Positions 7,602 through 11,194 of a stretch of DNA of 11,194 bases are shown piece after piece (position 1 is the first letter of the stretch; every line of letters begins with the position of its first letter). The stretch comes from Fibrobacterota bacterium. Its GTDB lineage: Bacteria; Fibrobacterota; Fibrobacteria; UBA11236. The notes below the pieces were generated by a model. That model made no database searches, had not been told where the DNA came from, and saw only the letters and a program-made list of their open reading frames with translations. Location: NCBI GenBank assembly GCA_043753995.1, contig JAYUVP010000166.1:1-11194 (forward strand), in the 5' to 3' direction. Both the position numbers and the translations under genes were made by a program.

Positions 7602-8450
7602 ATGGCCTTTCGTTTCTGGAATTCAGGCCCACAAACGGGCGCCTATCACATGGCTGTCGATCGCGTTTTATTTCGACGCCTTGAAGCGGGCCTATCCGAA
7701 CCCCTAATACGCATTTACTCATGGTCGCCTTGGTGCGTCACCTTGGGTTATTCGCAAAGCCCCGAACGCGAAATCAACTTGACGGCCTTGCAGCAGCGGG
7801 GCTGGACTTGGGCGCGTCGTCCCACGGGTGGCCGTGCCGTTTTACATGCCCATGAATTCACCTATACCGTGGCGGCATCTGCGGAAACCGCGCCCTGGTG
7901 CGCCCATCGCGATCGAAGCTATGCCCGCATCGGCGAAGCCTTGCGGCTTTGGGTGGCCGAAGCGGGAGTGGAAGCACAATTGGCGAGGGGCGATTCCGCG
8001 CTTTCGGCGGCATCGAGCGGTCCTTCTCGGCCTTGTTTTTCTTCGACTTCACGCCTGGAATTGACCTGGCAGGGCCGCAAACTAGCGGGTTCGGCCCAGC
8101 GGCGAGGACGACAGGGCTTTGTACAACACGGCTCTTTACCTATTGATGACAGCTTTGGAAAACTCACCGAGGTTTTGCCGGTTTCAGATGCGGTGAAGCA
8201 AAATCTGGATGAAGGTTTGCGTGGTCATGCCGTGAGTTTGCAGGCCGCTGGAGCTGACGAATCTGCCATCGCACAAATGGCGGACAAAGCTTGCGAGGCC
8301 TTTGCACGTGGGCTTGGTATGGATTGCTTTCCGGCTGGCCTCAGTCCCGAAGAGGAAGAGGACGTCGTCGCCGAATTGTCGCGTGAAAATGGCCGCAACC
8401 TTGTCGAGCAAGGTGAAGGAAATTTTTCGGTTTCGGGTTCAGTGCCATGA
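7602..8450 (+). CDS. BPL/LPL-family octanoyltransferase or lipoate-protein ligase catalytic domain (LipM-like)
   Basis: HMAVD, IRIYSWSP..VTLGYSQ, RRPTGGRAVLH, PCF, GRKLAGSAQRR, QHGSL. No LplA C-terminal accessory domain is apparent. Confidence 0.88.
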   Translation: MAFRFWNSGPQTGAYHMAVDRVLFRRLEAGLSEPLIRIYSWSPWCVTLGYSQSPEREINLTALQQRGWTWARRPTGGRAVLHAHEFTYTVAASAETAPWCAHRDRSYARIGEALRLWVAEAGVEAQLARGDSALSAASSGPSRPCFSSTSRLELTWQGRKLAGSAQRRGRQGFVQHGSLPIDDSFGKLTEVLPVSDAVKQNLDEGLRGHAVSLQAAGADESAIAQMADKACEAFARGLGMDCFPAGLSPEEEEDVVAELSRENGRNLVEQGEGNFSVSGSVP

Positions 8451-9457
8451 CGGCAGGCATGCCAGCCTTGCTGGAGGTGGAAAACCTGAATGTCCACTTC
8501 CCTCAAGAGGGACGCATCGTGCAGGCTGTGCGCCAATCCAGCTTTGCCCTGGGGCCTGGCGAAACCTTGGGGTTGGTGGGTGAAAGCGGCAGTGGTAAAT
8601 CGGTCACGGCCTTGGCGCTCATGGGACTTTTGCCAGGTAACGCGCAAGTGACGGCGTCGAGATTGGCTTTCGCCGGGCGCGATTTGCAGGCCAATTCCGC
8701 GCGCGACTGGCGCGCCTTGCGCGGCGCGGGCATAGCCATGATTTTTCAAGACCCGATGACTAGCCTCAATCCCCTGATGCGCTGCGGCGAACAAGTCGCC
8801 GAAGTGTTGCGTTTGCATCGCGGCATGGCGGGTGAGGACGCGCGCAAAGCCGTGATCGAGCTTTTCGAAGAAATGGATTTGCCCGAACCGGAGCGCCGCT
8901 TTTCAGCCTTTCCTTATGAGCTTTCTGGCGGCCAGCGGCAACGCGTCATGATAGCCATGGCCTTGGCGGGGCGGCCTAAATTGCTCATTGCCGATGAGCC
9001 GACTACGGCCTTGGACGTGACCGTGCAAGCGCAAATTCTGAAGCTGCTGAGCCGGGCCCAAAAGCAACATGGCATGGCCTTGATTCTCATCACCCACGAT
9101 CTCGATGTGGTGCGCGACACCGTAGACGAAGTCTTGGTGATGTATGCTGGATATGGTATAGAGCAGGGTTCGGTGAAATCGGTTTTGGCACATCCCCGTC
9201 ATCCTTATACCCAGGGCCTGCTTGCCTCCATTCCCAATCCCATTCGGCCCACCCGACGATTGGATGCCATACCCGGTATGGTGCCGGCGGGCTATGCTGA
9301 AGTTCCCGGTTGCCGATTTCATCCGCGTTGCAAGCGAGCGGAAGCGGCATGCGCCTTTGGGGGACATCCTGCTTTGTTACCCGTGCCTGGGAACGCGCTG
9401 CATGCAGCGGCTTGCCCCGTGGCGGCGCGCGATTACGCATCAGTAGGAGGGGGCTGA
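8447..9457 (+). CDS. Oligopeptide/dipeptide/nickel-type ABC transporter ATP-binding subunit (OppD/DppD-like)
   Basis: GESGSGKS, MIFQDPMTSLNP, LSGGQRQR, LLIADEPTTALD, ITHD, HPYT, C-terminal 4-Cys domain. ATGA overlap with the upstream gene. Confidence 0.95.
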   Translation: MTAGMPALLEVENLNVHFPQEGRIVQAVRQSSFALGPGETLGLVGESGSGKSVTALALMGLLPGNAQVTASRLAFAGRDLQANSARDWRALRGAGIAMIFQDPMTSLNPLMRCGEQVAEVLRLHRGMAGEDARKAVIELFEEMDLPEPERRFSAFPYELSGGQRQRVMIAMALAGRPKLLIADEPTTALDVTVQAQILKLLSRAQKQHGMALILITHDLDVVRDTVDEVLVMYAGYGIEQGSVKSVLAHPRHPYTQGLLASIPNPIRPTRRLDAIPGMVPAGYAEVPGCRFHPRCKRAEAACAFGGHPALLPVPGNALHAAACPVAARDYASVGGG

Positions 9458-9460
9458 ACC

Positions 9461-10288
9461 ATGAATGTCGCCTCCACCGAGAATTCCAATTCCCCCAAGT
9501 CCGACCCGGCCTTGCTGGACGTACGTCATTTGCATGTCACCTATGGCTCGGGCGCCAAGCGCTTCGACGCGGTGCGCGACGTGAGCTTTGAAGTGCGTCG
9601 CGGGGAAAGCGTGGGCTTGGTGGGGGAGAGCGGATCGGGTAAAACCTCGGTGGGCCGCTCCCTGTTGAGGTTGGCGCCCTTTTCGGGAGGCGAAATTCGC
9701 TATGCGGGCGATTTGGTTTCCGGTCTTTCCGATCGGGAATTTTTGCCCTATCGCCGCAAAATGCAAATCATTTTTCAAGACCCTTATGCTTCGCTGAATC
9801 CCCGCTTGACCATTCGCCAGAGCTTGCGCGAAGCCTTGGAGTTAGGGCGGCCGGGAGACCAGGACACCTGGGAGGCCCGCATGGCCGACTTGATGGGCCA
9901 GGTGGGCTTGCAGGCCGATCACTTGCAGCGCTATCCCCATGAATTCTCCGGGGGGCAGCGCCAGCGCATCGGTATAGCCCGAGCCTTGTGCGTCGAGCCC
10001 GATTTCCTAATTTGCGACGAACCCGTTTCCGCTTTGGACGTATCCATTCAGGCTCAAGTCCTCAATTTGCTCATGGTTTTGCAAGAGACGTTGCGTCTGA
10101 GTTACCTGTTTATTTCGCATGATTTACGCGTGGTGCGGCATTTTTGCAGCCGCATCCTAGTCATGCAAAACGGCCGTATTGTCGAATCTGGGCCGGCGGA
10201 AAAGGTTTTTTCCGAACCCAGCCACCCTTATACCCGCGACTTGTTGGCTGCCATACCCGGCCGAGAAGGACGAGCCTCATTTTTGTAA
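9461..10288 (+). CDS. Oligopeptide/dipeptide-type ABC transporter ATP-binding subunit (OppF/DppF-like, short C-terminus)
   Basis: GESGSGKT, QIIFQDPYASLNPR, RYPHEFSGGQRQR, ICDEPVSALD, ISHD, HPYT. Confidence 0.95.
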   Translation: MNVASTENSNSPKSDPALLDVRHLHVTYGSGAKRFDAVRDVSFEVRRGESVGLVGESGSGKTSVGRSLLRLAPFSGGEIRYAGDLVSGLSDREFLPYRRKMQIIFQDPYASLNPRLTIRQSLREALELGRPGDQDTWEARMADLMGQVGLQADHLQRYPHEFSGGQRQRIGIARALCVEPDFLICDEPVSALDVSIQAQVLNLLMVLQETLRLSYLFISHDLRVVRHFCSRILVMQNGRIVESGPAEKVFSEPSHPYTRDLLAAIPGREGRASFL

Positions 10289-10311
10289 ATTCTGCCCCCT
10301 TGGAGGCTCTA

Positions 10312-11194
10312 TTGCCCGGCGAATCCGAATCCCTTTCCGCTTCAACAGCGGCTGCTTCAACCCCGTCCATCCCTAGCGCGATCCCTGCTGCGCCTGTGCC
10401 ACCCGGCTATGGCCCGCTCATCGTGCAAGGCGATATGACGGTTTTGCTTGAAGTCGCCCATCCCCAATATGCCGAGGCGCGCGATAATATCGCGCCTTTC
10501 ACCGAATTGGTGAAAAGCCCGGAGCATATGCACACTTATGCCATCTCGCATCTTTCCCTTTGGAATGCCGCCAGTTCGGGCCATTCTTCCAAGGCGGTGC
10601 TGGATACTTTGCGCCGTTTTGCGCGCTTCGCTCTGCCTGCGAATGTGGTTTACACCATTGAAACCTTCATGGGGCGTTATGGGCTGGTAAAGCTTTTGCG
10701 CCGCGATGGCCAATTGATGCTGTCGGCCGAAGATGGCGAGCTTTTCGACGAATTGCTGAATCATCGCGAAATCGCTCCATTCGTGGATCAAAGGCTCGAC
10801 AATCACGAAGCCATTTTGGTGCCGCATTGCCGTGGTCTCGTGAAAATGGCCTTAACGCAAATCGGCTTTCCCGCCGAAGATCTCGCGGGCTATGCCACGG
10901 GCGCGCCTTTGGCCGTGACCATGCGCGACAAGACCTTAGAGAATAAGCCTTTTGGTTTGCGTGATTATCAAGACGAAGCCGCCCAGGTCTTTCATGCGGG
11001 TGGCGGCGAAAAAGGCGGATCCGGCGTTGTAGTTTTGCCTTGCGGCGCGGGTAAAACCGTGGTGGGCATGGCCGCCATGGTGCGCTGCCAATGCAATACC
11101 TTGGTGCTCACCACCAATGTCACGGCCGCGCGCCAATGGATGCGGGAAATTCTCGACAAGACCACCTTGCGGCCGGATCAAGTCAGCGAATATA
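10312..11194 (+). CDS. Bacterial XPB/Ssl2/Rad25-family SF2 DNA helicase, 5' part, truncated at the right edge
   Basis: Frame 1 is open to the window end. SD GGAGG (10302-10306) precedes TTG at 10312. GPLIVQGDMTVLLEV...ELVKSPEHMHTY...SLWNAA is the bacterial XPB N-terminus; also GFPAEDLAGY, Q-motif LRDYQ and Walker A LPCGAGKT (11035-11058). Absent from the ORF track. Confidence 0.93.
   Translation, partial: MPGESESLSASTAAASTPSIPSAIPAAPVPPGYGPLIVQGDMTVLLEVAHPQYAEARDNIAPFTELVKSPEHMHTYAISHLSLWNAASSGHSSKAVLDTLRRFARFALPANVVYTIETFMGRYGLVKLLRRDGQLMLSAEDGELFDELLNHREIAPFVDQRLDNHEAILVPHCRGLVKMALTQIGFPAEDLAGYATGAPLAVTMRDKTLENKPFGLRDYQDEAAQVFHAGGGEKGGSGVVVLPCGAGKTVVGMAAMVRCQCNTLVLTTNVTAARQWMREILDKTTLRPDQVSEY

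Noticed and set aside
7828..9778. Numerous short overlapping alternative-frame ORFs across the lipM-like and ABC genes
   Set aside because: Expected in GC-rich coding DNA; no motifs or independent ribosome-binding sites noticed.
10357..11181. Minus-strand ORFs 10357-10827 and 10936-11181
   Set aside because: Antisense shadows of the XPB gene on the + strand.
1..11194. CRISPR arrays, IS/integrase genes, tRNA/rRNA, defence or retroelement systems
   Set aside because: Nearly all bases are accounted for by housekeeping CDSs; the largest gap is 107 bp, and no repeat-spacer pattern, terminal inverted repeats or cloverleaf was seen.

Overview
This looks like a core chromosomal housekeeping region of a diderm bacterium of moderately high GC (FCB-group/Fibrobacterota-like is my guess, not established). 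The left edge holds the 3' end of a Pro-rich protein and rlpA. A reverse-strand GT2 membrane glycosyltransferase follows, then a long co-directional run: yceD(DUF177)-rpmF-plsX-fabH-fabD-fabG-acpP-rnc-lipM/lplA-like-oppD/dppD-oppF/dppF-xpb (truncated at the right edge). rpmF (59 aa) and the XPB helicase are missing from the supplied ORF track and were read directly from the sequence. I found no mobile element, CRISPR array, tRNA or rRNA, and no clearly novel multi-gene system. The most interesting signals are non-coding or sub-genic: a TAnnTTTCCC motif in three intergenic regions of the fatty-acid operon, 24/24 C-ending codons at the fabH 3' end followed by heptamer-periodic repeats, and tandem hairpins in the rnc leader. 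Also notable: fabF is absent, PlsX is shortened, and a permease-less ABC ATPase pair is coupled to an octanoyl/lipoyl transferase gene.
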